Notes: generated by a model from the sequence alone, not told the origin. Positions 17,550-32,029 are shown, counted from the stretch's first letter. The stretch: DNA of 64,000 nucleotides from the human T2T-CHM13v2.0 reference genome, Homo sapiens (GCF_009914755.1 NC_060947.1), one strand, 5' to 3'. Translations and numbers: made by a program.

Positions 17550-18760
17550 GTTTTCCCAGCACCATTCATTGATGAGACTGTATTACCACAGTTTATGTTG
17601 TTGGCAACTTTGTCACAAATGAGTTCACTGTAGGTGTGTGGATTTGTTTCCGGGTTGTCTATGCTGTTTCATTGGTCTATGTGTCTGTTTTTATGCCAGT
17701 ACCATGCTGTTTTGGTTACTATAGCCCTGTAGTGTAATTTGAAGTTAGGTAATGTTATTCTTACATTTTTTGTTTGTTTGTTTGTTTTTTCCTTAGGATA
17801 GCTTTGGGTATTCAGGTTCTTTTGTGGTTCCATATAAATTTTAAGATAGTTATTTTTTTCTTACTTCTGTGAAGAATGTCATTGGTATTTTGAAAAAGAT
17901 TGGGTTGAATCTGTGGATTGCACTAGTTTGTATGGACATTTAAACAATATTGATTCTTCCAATCCATGAACACAAAATATCTTTCCATTTTTTGGTATCC
18001 TCTTTAATTTCTTTCATCAGTGTTTTATAGTTTTCATTATATAGTTCTTTTACTTCTTTGGTTAATTCCTAGGTATTTAATTTTATTTGTGCCTATTTTA
18101 AATAAGATTACTTTAAAAAATTTATTTATCAAATTGTTCACTATTTGCATATAGAAATGCTAGTGATCTTTAGAATTTGATTTTGGATTCTGCAACTTTA
18201 CTGAATTTATCAATTCTAATAGTTTTTTTGTGTGTGGAATCTTTAGGTTTTTCTAAATATAAGATCGTATTATCTGCAAACAAGGATAATTTGGCTTCCT
18301 TCTCTTCCATTTGGATGCCTGTTATCTCTTTCTCTTGTCTGATTGTTCTAGCTGGGACTTCCAGTATTATGTTGAATAACAGTGGTGAAAGTGGCCATCC
18401 TTGTGTTTTCGATCTTAGGGAAAAGGCTTTCAAATTTTCCCCATTCAGTATATGATAATAGCTGTGAGCCTGTCATATATGGCTTTTATTATGTTGATGT
18501 ATGTTCCTTCTATCCCCAGTATTTTGAGGGCTTTTATCCTAAAGAGGTGCTGAATTTTATTGAATGCTTTTTCAATATCAATTGAAATAATCATATTTTT
18601 TTATCCTTCATTCTGTTGATACGATACATCACATTGATTGATATGCACATGGTGAGCCATCGTTACATCCCAGGGATAAATCCCACTTGATACAATACGT
18701 CACATTGATTGATGTGCACATGGTGGGCCATCCTTACATCCCAGGGATAAATCTCACTTG
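17550..18760 (-). mobile_element. L1MA ORF2 internal fragment ending in a 71-bp tandem duplication
   Basis: ORF 18170-18433 gives RT motifs ([17 protein letters not shown]); duplication at 18616-18757. Confidence 0.85.
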
Positions 18761-18764
18761 ATCA

Positions 18765-19630
18765 ATTTTCTTTTCTTATAGTGTCTGTTTGGTTTTGAAA
18801 CTGGGGTAATTCTGATCTCATGTAATGAATTGGAAAATTTCCATCATCTTCAACTTCTTAAGAGTTTAAAAATATTTTATGTTAATTATTTTTTAAAGTT
18901 TAGTGAAATTTACCAGTGAAGCTGTCTGATTCTAGATGGTTTTATCAGTCTCTGCCTGTTTATATTTCTTATTTCTTTGAAACTAAGTGCTGGTAGGTTG
19001 TTGGATTCTAAGAACTTGTCAATATCTTATGAGTTATCCTATTTGTTAATGTATAATTATTCATAATACTATCTTATAATCTTGTTTTTATGTCTCTAAG
19101 CTTGGTAGTAACAGTCCCTGATTATGTATAATTTTAGTTATTTGAATATTCTCTTTTTCTCTTAGTCAGTCTAGCTAAAATTTTGTCAATTGTGTTGATT
19201 ATTTAAAAGAATCAACTTTCGATTTTGCTGACTTTCTCTATTCTTTTTAAAATGTCTCTCTATTCCTGCTCCAATTGTTATTATTGCTATTTATTCTACT
19301 AATTTTGAGTTTAGTTTATAATTTTTACTTTTTCGTCTAAGTTGAATTATTATTTGAGAGCATTCTTCTTTTTTAATGTGTTTACAGTTGTGAATTTTCT
19401 TTTTGGCACTGCTTTTGTCATATCCCATGTTTCATTGTGTTACATCTTTATTTTCAATAGTCTCAAAGTGTTACCTAATCTTTTAATTTTTTTCTTGATA
19501 CGTTTGCTGCATAAATATGTTGTTTAACTTTTATATATTTATGAGTTTTCCAATTATTCTTCTGTAGTTGGCTTCTGTTTTCATTCCATATTGATCAAAT
19601 AAGACACTTTGTATAATTTTAATCTTTAAA
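18765..19630 (-). mobile_element. Older L1M ORF2 fragment, apparently resuming at 27565-28190
   Basis: Degenerate antisense ORF2 N-terminal sequence; the 27565 piece translates to endonuclease-like residues (ORF 27961-28293). Confidence 0.7.
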
Positions 19631-20438
19631 TACTCGGTATTTTAATGAATAGTTTAAAGTATAGTGTGTTACTACTATGCCTAGTAGAGCTATTAAATAG
19701 AGCCAAGTTGGTATGCAGAGTAGGAATCAGTGAATAAATTCTGAAAATGAATTAGGAGGCAGAGCAGAGGGCAGAATAGAAAGCTCTGACATTCATACCC
19801 TCTGCAAGGACACCAAGTTAAAAAACTATTTACACAGGTTCAAACAAAAGAAAACAAAACCTTTATAAGAGCAAAAAGTCAGGTGATCACTTATAGTACC
19901 TAGTGTTAACTTCATATCACTGAAAGAGGCACTGAAGACATAAAAAATACCGTCTAGAATTGCCAGTGCCACCCCTGCCTCACCCCATAGCCATGTTGTG
20001 ATGCAGAGAGATTCTCTGGACGCTGGGGGAAGAAGAACACAAAAATTATGAGACATTGAATTCAGTGATGTAGTGTTATAGCAGAAAGAAAAACCGGATC
20101 AAACTCATATGACACCCTCTCACAAAGGGAGAATTTAAACCAGCCCTAACCAGAGGGGAATCCCCGATCTCAGCGTCAGAAATTGAGTGCCTACAAACCT
20201 TGCCATGAAGAGATACAGCATTCTGTGTCTCTAAGTAAACTTGAAAGGCAGTCTAGGCCATAAGAACTGTAACTGTAACTCTTAGGCGAGTCCTAGAGTT
20301 GAACTAGGCCCAGAGATAGTGGACTGGGTGGGCATGTGACATACCAGAGACATCAGCTGGGTCAGCCAGGGGAATGCTGGCATCAGCCCTCCCCTAATCC
20401 CAGATGGCACAGCTCACTGCTCCCAAAGAGACTCCTTT

Positions 20439-21563
20439 TGATATGGTTTGGATCTGTGTCCCCATCGAAATTTCACATTGATTTGTAATTTTTGTGGTTG
20501 GAGGTGGGGCCTGGTGGGAGGGGATGGGGGCATTTTCTCACGGTTTAGCACCATCCCCATAATGCTGTTCTCATGATGGAGTTTTCACAATATCTAGTTG
20601 TTTAAAAGTGTGTGACACCTTCCTCCTCTCTCTTACTTGGTCCTGCTCCTGCCATGTAAGACACCTGCTTTCACTTTGCTTTACACCATGAGTAATAGCT
20701 CCCTAATGACTCCCCGGAAGCAGATCCTGCCATGCCATCTGTATAGCCTATGGAAACATAAGCCAATTAAAACTTTTTTTCCTCTTATTTATTTATTTAT
20801 TTTATTATACTTTAAGTTTTAGGGTACATGTGCACAACATGTAGGTTAGTTACATACGTATACATGTGCCATGTTGGTGTGCTGCACCCATTAACTCATT
20901 ATTTAACATTAGGTATATCTCCTAATGCTATCCCTCCCTCTTCCCCCGACCCCACAACAGGCCCCGGTGTGTGATGTTCCCCTTCCTATGTCCATGTGTT
21001 CTCATTGTTCAATTCCCCTCTATGAGTGAGAACACGTGGTGTTTGGTTTTTTGTCCTTGTGATAGTTTGCTGAGAATGATGGTTTCCAGCTTCACCCATG
21101 TCCCTACAAAGGACATGAACTCATCCTTTTTTATGGCTGCATAGTATTCCATGGTGTATATGTGCCACATTTTCTTAATCCAGTCTATCATTGTTGGACA
21201 TTTGGGTTGGTTCCAAGTCTTTGCTATTGTGAATAGTGCTGCAATAAACATACGTGTGCATGTGTCTTTATAGCAGCATGATTTATAATCCTTTGGGTAT
21301 ATACCCAGTAATGGGATGGCTGGGTCAAATGGTATTTCTAGTTCTAGATCCCTGAGGAATCATCACACTGACTTCCACAATGGTTGAACTGGTTTACAGT
21401 CCCACCAACAATGTAAAAGTGTTCCTATTTCTCCACATCCTCTCCAGCACCTGTTGTTTCCTGACTTTTTAATGATTGCAATTCTAACTGGTGTGAGATG
21501 GTAAAAAATAAATAACCAAGTGTCTGGTATTTCTTTATAGTAATACAAGAACCAACTAATGTA
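20439..21563 (+). mobile_element. MSTA/B MaLR solo LTR interrupted by L1PA
   Basis: tgatatggtttggatctgtgtcccc...ggtatttctttatagtaatacaagaaccaactaatgta; 5-bp TSD ccttt/ccttc. Confidence 0.85.
20785..21502 (-). mobile_element. 5'-truncated L1PA (PA4/5-like)
   Basis: ORF 21009-21251 is the ORF2p C-terminus ([18 protein letters not shown]); 3' UTR and T-rich tail. Confidence 0.93.
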
Positions 21564-22470
21564 CCTTCCTTCTGTTTGAGGAGAAGAGAAGTAATAATGG
21601 GGAGGGCTTTGTCTTACATGCTGAATACCAGCTTGGCTACAGCAGAATAAGGCACCAGTCAGAGTTCTGAGGCCCTTGTTTCAGGGCTACCTCCAAGACC
21701 ATATTTCTAGACACACCCTAGGTTAGAAAGGCATCTACTGCCTTGAAAGAAATGACCCAGATTTTCTGGCATCCATCACCTGCTGATTGAAGAGTCCTTG
21801 GGCCCTGAATAATCATCAGTGATACTCGGGTACTACATGAAAGGCCTCTCTGAGCCTCTGAGACTTGCTGATTTTAGGTATCAACACTGCCACAGTAGGG
21901 TAGAGCACCAAGTGGCTTCTTGGGGTTCCTGATTCCAAAACTTCACCCTTAGCATTTCTGGACCTGTGTGCTGGGCCAGACCTATTCTAAAGGATGAGTC
22001 CCCGTCCATGCAGCATTTAACACAAGCTGACTTAAGAGACCTTGGACTTTAAGGGAACACTGGTGGTAGTCTGAAAGTACTCCTCATGGCCAGGCATGGC
22101 AGTAGCTATTGGGGGAGGTTCCTCTGCCTTTAGAAAGAAGGAGAAAGTGTGGAAATAATTACATCTTGTGGTTTCAGTGCCACTTAGCCACAATACAATA
22201 GAATATCAAACAGACTTTTAAGGGTTTTGACTCTAGTACCTGGCTCCTGGATGGTATTTCTGGAGCCAACCAGGGCCTGGGGGTCCTTGTCACCCTGAAA
22301 AAAAAAGGCTAGGCCTTTGAGCAGACATAGTCAGTAGCTAGGTAGTGGCTATAGCAGGCTTTGGAAGAGACCCATTGCTGTGATTGCCTCAGGTCTAACC
22401 CAGTGCAATCATAACAGTCATATCCTCATGGTTGCTTGTGTAACTCTATCCCCAGATTTAGGTGGAGAAA

Positions 22471-22479
22471 GAGAGAGAG

Positions 22480-22525
<46 letters not shown>
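22471..22525. repeat. (GA)n microsatellite inside the L1 5' UTR
   Basis: About 27 GA units with a GC interruption. Confidence 0.95.
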
Positions 22526-22528
<3 letters not shown>

Positions 22529-25500
22529 CTCTGTATGTTTGGGATAAAGTAAAAGAAGAGAACAAGAGTCTGCCTGGTAATCCAGAGAATATTCACAGAT
22601 CTTGATCAAGGCCATGAAAATAGTACCTCTATGAGACTGCAAGAACCATAGTGTTACTGAGCTTGGGGTGGCCCCTAAAGCAGATACAGCTTAGATAACA
22701 ACATCCAAGTTCATTCAAAATCTGGAAAACCTTACAAAGAAGGATGACTATAAAGAAGCCCAGCCAGTGAAGACAACAATAAATATCTAATTAATTATTC
22801 AATGTGCAGACACCGAAGAACATCTACTAGCATGATCACCATCATGGAAAACATTACTTCAACAAATGAAATAAATAAGGCATGAGAGACCAATCGTGGA
22901 GAAACAGAGTTATGTGACCTTTTGGACACAGAAGTCAACATAGCTGTGTTTAGGAAACTCAAAGAATTCAAGATAACAGATAGAAGAATTTCAGAATCCT
23001 ATCAGATAAATTTAACAAAGAGATCGAAATAATTAAAAAGAATCAGGCAGAAATTTTGGACCAGAAAAATGCAATTAGCATACGGAAGAATGCATCAGAG
23101 CCATTTCACAGCAGAATAAATCAAGCAGAAGAAAGAATTAGTGAGCTTGAAGACAGGCTATTTAAAAATACACAGTCAGAGGAGACAAAATAAAAAGATA
23201 TAAAAGTAATAAAGCATGCCTATAGAATCTAAAAAATAGTTTCAAAAGGGCAAATCTAAGAGTTATTGGCCTCTAAAAAGGAGATAGAGGAAAATATAGG
23301 GGTAGGAAGTGTATTCAAAGGGATAATAACAGAAAACTTTCCAAATCTAGAGAAAGATATCAATATCTAAGTACATGAAGATTATATAACACCAAGCAGA
23401 TTTAACCCAAATGAAATTAATTCAAGGCATTTAATAATCAAACTCCCAAAGGTATAAAATAAAGAATTATAAAAGCAGCAAAAGAAAATGAACAAATAAC
23501 ATACAATGGAGCTCCAATATTTCTGGCAGAAGACTTTTCAGTGGAAACTTTACAGGCCAGGAGAGAGTGACCTGAAATATTTAAAGTGCTGAAGGAAAAA
23601 CTTTTACCCTAGAATAGTATATCTGGTGAAAATATCTTTCAAACGTGAAGGATAAAGACTTCACAGACAAATAAAGGTTAAGAGATTTCATTAGTACCAG
23701 ACCCATCCTACAGGAAATGCTAAAGGAAATACTTCAATCATAGAAGAGAATATTAATGAGCAAGAAATGATCACGTGAATATACAAAACTTACTGGTAAT
23801 AGTACAAACACAGAAAAACACAGAATATTATAACGCCATAACTGTAGTGTGTAAACTATCCTTATTTTAAATAAAAAACTAAATGATGAACCAATCAAAT
23901 ATAATAACTACAACAAATTTTGGAAACATAGTAAGTACAATAAAATATAAACAGAAACAGCCAAATGTTAAAAAGCAGGAGGACGAAGTTAAGGAGAGTT
24001 TTTTAAATTAGTTTTTTGTTTGTTTATGCAAATATTGTTTATTTGTTATCAGGTTATATCAGGTTAAAACAAAAGGCTATAAGATATTTGCCAGCCTCAT
24101 GGTAACCACAAATGAAAAAGCATACAATGGATACACAAAAAACAAGAAGAAAGAAACTAAATCATACCAAAAGAGAGAATTACCTTTAGTAGAGAAAGAC
24201 AGGAATAAAGAGAGAAGGAAGAGAAGACCACAAAACATCCCCAAAACAAATAACAAAATAGCAGGAGTAAGTCCTTACCGATCAATAATAACGTAGAACG
24301 TAAATGTACTATAAACTCCAATCAAGAGACGTAGACTGGCTGGATGAAGAAAGGAGACCCATTTATCTGTTACTTATGAGAAACACACTTCACATATAAA
24401 GAAACACATAGACTGAAAATAAAGAGATGGAAAAAGTTATCTCATGCAAATAGAAACCAAAAAAGGGCAGAAGTTGCTATACTTATATCAGATAAAATAG
24501 ATTTCAAGACAAAAACTATAAGAGACAAAGAAGATCACTATATAATGATAAAGAGGTCAATTCAGCAAGAGGATATAACAATTTGAAACATCTATGTACC
24601 CAACACTGGAGCACCCAGATATATAAAGCAAATATTATTAAAGCTAAAGAGAGAGGTAAGCCCCAGTACAAAAATAGCTGAAGATTTCAACACACCACTT
24701 TCAGCATTGGACATATCTTTCAGACAGAAAATCAACAAAGAAACTGTAGACTTAATCTGCACCATAGACCAAATAAATCTAATAAATATTAACAGATCAT
24801 TTCATCCAAGAGCTGCAGAATACACATTCTTTTCCTCAGTACATGGATCATTCTCAAACATAGACACTACGTTAAGTCACAAAAGAAGTCTTAAAATATT
24901 ACAAACATGGAAATAATATCAAGCATATTCTTGGAATAAAATAAAAAATATGGAATAAAACTAGAAATTAATGCCAAGAGGCATTTTTGGAAACTATAAA
25001 AATACATGAAAATTAAATAATATACTCCAGAATGACCAGTGGGTCAATGAAGAAATTAAGGAAAAAATTGAAAAAATTATTGAAACAAATGATAATAAAA
25101 CAGAGCATACCACAACCAATGGAATACAGCAAAAGCAGCACTAACAAGGAAGTTTACAGATGTAAGTGCATACATCACATAAGATGAAAATCTTCAAATA
25201 AAGAATCACGCATCTTAAAGAATTAAAAAAGCAAGAGCAAACCAAACCCAAAATTAGTAGAAGAAAATAAATATTAAAGAATAGAGCATAAATAAATAAA
25301 GTTGAAACAGAACAATACAAAGTGTCAACAAAATGAAAAGTTGGTTTGTAAAATAGTTAAACAAAATTGACAAACCTTTCACCAGACTAAGAAAAACAGA
25401 GAAGATCCAAATAGATAAAGTCAGAAATGAAAATGGTGACATTGCAACTGATACCACAGAAATTCAAAGAATCATTAGTTTCTACAATGAGCAACTACAC

Positions 25501-28204
25501 ACCAACATATTGGAAAATCTAGAAGAAATGGAAAAATTCCTAGATGCATACAACTTACCAAGATTGAACCATGAAGAAATATAAAACCTGAACAGATCAA
25601 TAACAAGTAACAAGATCAAAGCTGCAGTAAACATTCTCTCACTAAAGGGAAGCCCGGGACCTGATGGCTTCACTGTTGAATTCTACCAAACATTTAAAGA
25701 ACAACTAATACCAATCCTACTCAAACTACTCCAAAAACATAGAAGAGGAAGTAATACTTCCAAACTCATTCTATGAGGCCTGTATTATCCTGATACTCAA
25801 GGCAGACAAGGACACATTAAAAAAAAACTGCAGGCCAATATCTCTGATGAATATTGATACAAAAATTTCAACAAAATACTAGCAAACTGAATTTGACAAT
25901 GCATTGGAAAGATTACTCATTATGATCAAGTGGGATTTATCCCTGTGATGTAAAAATGATTTAACATATGCAAATCAATCAATGTGATGTATCATATCGA
26001 GAGAACAAATGATAAAAACCAAATAATCATTTCAATTGATGCTGAAAAAGCACTTGATAAAATTCAACATCCTTTCACGATAAAAACCTCCAAAAAACTG
26101 GGTATAGAAGAAACATACATTAGCCTAATAAAAGTCACATGTGACAGACCCACAGCTAGTATTTACCGAATGGAACAAACCTGAAACCCTTTTCTCTAAG
26201 ATCTGGAACACAACAAGGATGCCCAGTTTCACCGCTGTTATTCAACATAGTACTGGAAGTCCTAGCTAGAGCAATTAGACAAGATAAAGATATAAATGAC
26301 ATCCAAATTGGAAAGGAAGAAGTCAAATTATCCTTGTTTACGGATAATATAATCTTATATTTGGAAAAACCTAAAGATTCTACAAGAAAACTATTAGAAC
26401 TGATAAAAGAAGTTTCAGGATACAAAATCAATATGCCAGTATCAACATACAAAAATCAGTAGCATGTCTATATGCCAACAGTGTACAATGTGGAATGTAA
26501 ATTTTTTTAAAAATTTATTTATAATAGCCACACATAAAATTAAATACCTAGGAGTTAACCTAACCAAAGAAGTAAAGATCTCCCTAATGAAAACCATAAA
26601 ACACAGAAGAGAACTGAAAGATGAAAAGATATTTCATGTTCATGAAGTGGAAATAAATCAGTATTGTTAAAATGTCCGTGATACCCAAAGAAATGTATAA
26701 ATTCAATGCAATCCCTATCAATATACCAATGACATTCTTCACAGAAATAGAGAAAATTCTAAATTTACATGGAACCACAAAAGAGAAACTAGACAAAGCT
26801 ATCCTAAGCAAAAAGAACAAAATTGGAGGAATTACATTGCCTGACTTCAAATTATACTATGAAGGTATAGTAACCAAAACAGCAAGGTACTGGCATGGAA
26901 ACAGACACACATACAAATGGATCAGAATAGAAAACACAGAAATAAATCCACACACCTGCAGAAAACCTATTTGTGACAAAAGTTCTAAGAAAGTACCCTG
27001 GGGAAAAGACAGTCTCTTCAAGAAATGGTGCTGAAAAAGCTGGATATCCATATGCTTAAGAATAAAACTAGACCCCTATCTCTCACCATATACAAAAATC
27101 AAATCAAAATTAATTAAAAACTGAAATCCAAGATTTCAAACCCTAAAACTGCTACAAGGAAACTTTGGGGAAAACCTCAAGGACATTGATCTGGGCAAAA
27201 ATTTATTGAGCAATATCTCACAAGCACAGGCAACCAAAGCAAAAATGGAAAAATGGGATCACATCAAGTTAAAAACCTTCTGCATACCAAAGAATACAAT
27301 CAACAATTTGAAGCTGCAACCTACAAAACGGGAGAGAATATTTTCAAACTACCCATCTGACAAGGGATTAATAACAAAGATATATAAAGTGCTTACACAA
27401 ATCTACAGAAAAAAATCTAATAATCCTATCAAAAGAGGGTTAAAAAATTTGAATAGACATTTCTCAAAAGGAGGTATACAAATGGCAGACAATATGAAAA
27501 GGTGCTCAACACCACTGATCATCAGAGAAATGCAAATCAAAACTACAATGAGATATCATCTCATCTAATTTAATTGGTTTGTAGTGCTGTTCAAGTTCTC
27601 TGTTTTCTTATTGAACTTCTGGTTAATTATCTCATCCATTATTGAACGCAGAGTAATGACATGTCTACCATGACTGTAGAGCCACTTATTTTTTCCTTCA
27701 GTTATGTCAGTGTATTCTTGATATATTTGGGAGTTCTTATGTTTGATGCACATCTGCTTAGACTGTTATATATTCTTGGAAAGTTGACATTTTTATTAAT
27801 ATATAATGCCATTTTCTCTTGTAGTATATTGTTACTTAAAGTCCATTATTTTCTCTTATGAGTATCTACATTTCACCTCTTTTTTCTTTAATATTTGCAT
27901 GGAATATCTACTTCCTTCCTTTTACTTTCGACTTATTTGTGTCCTTAAATCTAAAGTAAGTCACTTGTGGATAGCACGCATTTGAATGCCCTTTTCCATC
28001 CATTCAGTCAATTTATGTATTTTGTTTGGGAACTTTAACCTATTTACATAGAGAGTAATTAATGATAGAAAATGACTTATTTTTGCCATTTTAAAATTTG
28101 TTTGCTGTGTGTTCATAGCTTTTTCATTTATCATTTCCCGAATTACTACCCTCCTTTTTGTTTTGTTAATTAAAAAAATATTTCTTATAGTGTTTGTTTT
28201 CATG

Positions 28205-29305
28205 TGTTTTTCCACCTTTATTGAGGTATATTTAGAAACAAAAAAATTTATATATCTAAGGTGTGCACCTGATGTTTTGATATACATATCCATTGTAAAG
28301 TAATAATTACAATCAAGTTGATTAACACATCAATCAACTCATATAGTTACGTTTTTAAAATATTATGTTATCTTCAAATGGAGATACTTTTACTTCTTCA
28401 TTTCCAATATATATGCCTTTCATTTATTTTTTTTCTTGCCTTACTGCTCTAGATAGGACCTCAAGAACTCTGTTGAAAATAGAAGTGGAGACAGTGAGAA
28501 TTCTTGTTTTGTTCCTAGTCTTAGAGAAAAATGTTTAAAGCTTTTCAACACTGAGCATAATGTTAGTTGTGAGCTTGTCATATTTGGTCTTTATTATGGT
28601 GAAGTGCATTAATTCTATACCTAATTTGTTGAGAGGTTTCTTTTTAATCATAAAAAAGGTGAATTTCATGAAATCCTTTTTCTACATCTATTGAGATGGA
28701 CATATAATTTTTTCCTTCATTCTGTTAGTGTAGTACATCACATTTATTGATTTATTTAGATTGAACCATCCTCATATCATAGGGATAAATCCTATTTGGT
28801 CATGGTTGTGATCTTTTTAATGTGTTGCAACATTTAGTTTGCTAGTATTTTGTCTAAAATTTTTGCAACTATGTTAATTAGGGATATTGAACAATAATTT
28901 TTTTCTTGCAGTCAGTTACAACACACTTTTCTCTCATGACCTCTGAGTTATGCAAAACAGATGTCGGTTCTTCAGTCAGCCCCAGACAGGGTTAGAACTT
29001 TGAAAATAAGTTCTGCTGTGATCTTTCAGGATCATGGGTGTAAATGTGGAAATGGGCTCCTGCCTCCTCCAAACCAAGACCGTGCTATAGTGGTGGCAGA
29101 TAGGGCAAGTGCAAATAAAACTACAATGAAAATGTTACAGTTTTAAATGTCACTGTTTCATGACTGAGCATTCATTTGTTAGGTCTAGATGTGTGACTTT
29201 CTTCCTGACTTTCTGTAATACTATTTTAACAAGTCTCTAGTTGCTTTTTGGTGTTTCTGTGTAGCATTAAGGACCTGGAACTTTTTAGATATTTTTCTGA
29301 TGTCC
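28205..29305 (-). mobile_element. Fragments of old L1M elements (3' UTR 28205-28355, ORF2 28360-28910, 5' end-like 28910-29305)
   Basis: L1MA8-like terminus (tttattgaggtata...aatcaagttgattaacacatc) followed by degenerate antisense ORF2. Confidence 0.65.
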
Positions 29306-29318
29306 TACCTAATTTTTA

Positions 29319-29649
29319 TTTTTTATTTTTTTATTATACTTTAAATTCTAGGGTAAATGTGCACAACGTGCAGGTTTGTTACATATGTATACATGTGCCA
29401 TGTAGGTGTGCTGCACCAATTAACTCGTCGTTTACATTAGGTATATCTCCTAATGCTTTCCCTCCCCCCTCCTCCTACCCCACGACAAGCCCCCGTGTGT
29501 GATATTCCCGTTCCTGTGTCCAAGTGCTCTCATTGTTCAATTCTCACCTATGAGTGAGAACATGCGGTGTTTGGTTTTTTGTTCTCGCGATAGTTTGCTG
29601 AGGATGAGTTCATGTCCTTTGTAGGGACATGGATGAAGCTGGAACCATC
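29319..29649 (-). mobile_element. Tiny (~330 bp) L1PA insertion with a ~47-bp 5' inversion
   Basis: 19-bp TSD atgtcctacctaattttta at 29300-29318 and 29650-29668; minus part to 29602, plus part 29603-29649. Confidence 0.93.
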
Positions 29650-29799
29650 ATGTCCTACCTAATTTTTAAAGAGGCTTTTTCTTTCACTCAAACACTGAGG
29701 ACCACTAAGTCTTAAGTCTTACAGGATTTTCTTTAAAAGTCTCACACCAGTTTTCATAAAAATATAAGACTAAATTTTAAAAACTACTATCTCACACAA

Positions 29800-30320
29800 G
29801 AAACTTGTGCCTCCTCTCAGATGAGACTTTGGACTGTAGACTTTTGAGTTAATGCTGAAATGAGTTAAGTCTTTGAGGGACTGTTGGGAAGGCATGACTG
29901 ATTGTGAAATATGAGGACATGAAATTTGGGAAGTGCCAGACGTGGAATGATATGGTTGGTTTGGCTGTGTTCCCACCCAAATCTCATCTTGAATTGTAGC
30001 TCCCACAATTCCCATGTGTCCATCAAAGGACCTGGTGGGAGGTAACTGAATCATGGGGGTGAGTCTTCCCCAGGCTGTTCTCATGATAGTGAATAAGTCT
30101 CAAGATATCAGATGGTTTTATAAAAAAGAGTTCCCCTGCACACAGTCTCTTTTACCTGCCACCATGTAAGATGTAGTTTTGCTTCTCCTTTGACTTCCAC
30201 CATGATTTTGAGGCCTCCCCAGCCATGTGGGACTGTGAAGTCATTAAACCTCTTTGCTTTATAAATTACCCAGTCTCAGGTATGTCTTTATTAGCAGCAT
30301 GAAAACAACCAAATAACACA
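29800..30320 (+). mobile_element. THE1 MaLR: internal 3' end (29800-29947) plus LTR (29948-30320), THE1C/D-like
   Basis: cagatgagactttggactg...ggaatgatatggtt; LTR ends tatgtctttattagcagcatgaaaac. Confidence 0.88.
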
Positions 30321-30329
30321 GACTAACCT

Positions 30330-30540
30330 TGCTTATGTCCTGGCACTGTCTTACTAGAAAGTGATTTGACTGTTACTTAACATCATCTTTGGTACCTAAA
30401 CTTCCTCATATGCAAAATGATATAATAATAATTTTATTCTCTCCTCATAGAATTTATAGAGGGATTAAATTAGATAATATGTTTTAAAATGCTGAGCACA
30501 CAGCCTGGTACATAATGAGTGCATAAATCATCACTAATAT
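30330..30540 (+). mobile_element. MIR SINE
   Basis: Core (gttacttaac...ttcctcatatgcaaaatga...ggattaaattagataat...cacagcctggtacataatgagtgc). Confidence 0.8.
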
Positions 30541-31324
30541 TTCTAAAAATCAGATTGTGCTTGTCACTGGTCAATCTATTATTACCTTATTTTCAGAACA
30601 AATGTATGGGTCAAATTGTACAACCTCAAAATAGTTTGTAGGCTATTCCTCTTCAGAATTGTTTTACAATACTGTGAGTATAGTAAGCTTAGATAGAAGG
30701 AGAATTCCAGTGTGAACCAAGGTTGCATCTTAGCATACTTTATTTTCATTCTTTACCTCAACAACTTTGTACAGAAAACAAGTTATATTTCCTCTATTAG
30801 AAACAGTCTTAAGTATCCTTGAAACTGTTGACCAGTTAATACTAGAAAGAGAAACCTACTTAAAATATTTTTTTAAAACTTGGTAGGTGTTCAATACCAT
30901 TTATGTAATCATTCTTAAATAACTCAATCCATTATTTCAAATCATTTAACTACTTGAGCTACATTTTGAAATTTCCTTATGGTACTCTTCTCATAGAAAT
31001 CTTTGTATTTCTTTTTTTTTGTTTTGTTTAGTAAGGTATGTATGACCTTGTTTATTATCTATCATAGACATCAAGATGATCATAGTTAATACCAATTTAA
31101 GCTTTACAGAATACTGTTTTAGGCCCAATATTGATATATTAAATGAAGGTATCAGAGAATCTTGTATTTATGGCATCAGGTTATAAAGATCTATTCAAAA
31201 CCATTTTTGTCAAAGTTTAAACACTGGAACAAAAGTCAAATTGTTTCTAAATGAGACACAAAATGATTCTTGCTAATAGTACAAATTTTGTCCCATGGGT
31301 AATACTATTGTCTTTTTCTTTTTT

Positions 31325-31530
31325 AAAAAAATTATTTTGATTTTAATTTTTGATTCAGGGAACACATGGGCAGGTTTGTTAGCTGGGTATACTGTTTGAT
31401 GTTGAGGTTTGGGGTACGGATGATCCTGTCACCAAGGTAGTGAGCAGAGTCCCCAGTAGGTAGTTTTTCAGGTCTTTCTCCCGCTCCCCACCCTACCTCC
31501 CCAGTGTCTATTATTCCCATGGGTCCTCAG
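31325..31530 (-). mobile_element. Old L1P 3' UTR fragment within the TERF1-derived 3' UTR
   Basis: ttgattcagggaacacatgggcaggtttgtt...gaggtttggggtacggatgatcctgtcacc; lies inside the pseudogene TSDs. Confidence 0.75.
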
Positions 31531-31729
31531 GTATTATTATTTTCAAGTTTTTTTCTTTACATGAAACTACTGAAAGCAAAAGTACGTCATGCTTATAGGT
31601 TACTCTGTACATTTATCATTCTATTAATAAACATCTTAAGTAATTAAGTAGTATATTAAGGCCACAAACCAAGTCCTTATCTCCTATCAAAGGACTTCTG
31701 TTATTCAATCATCTGGAAAATTCATTTTA

Positions 31730-32029
<300 letters not shown>

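Larger units (their letters stand above)
19752..27564 (+). mobile_element. L1MA1/2-type element with 5' UTR, decayed ORF1 (~22850-23750) and ORF2 (from ~24260); 3' end missing
   Basis: L1M1-like 5' end (ggaggcagagcag...gaatagaaagctc); ORF fragments [47 protein letters not shown]. Confidence 0.88.
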
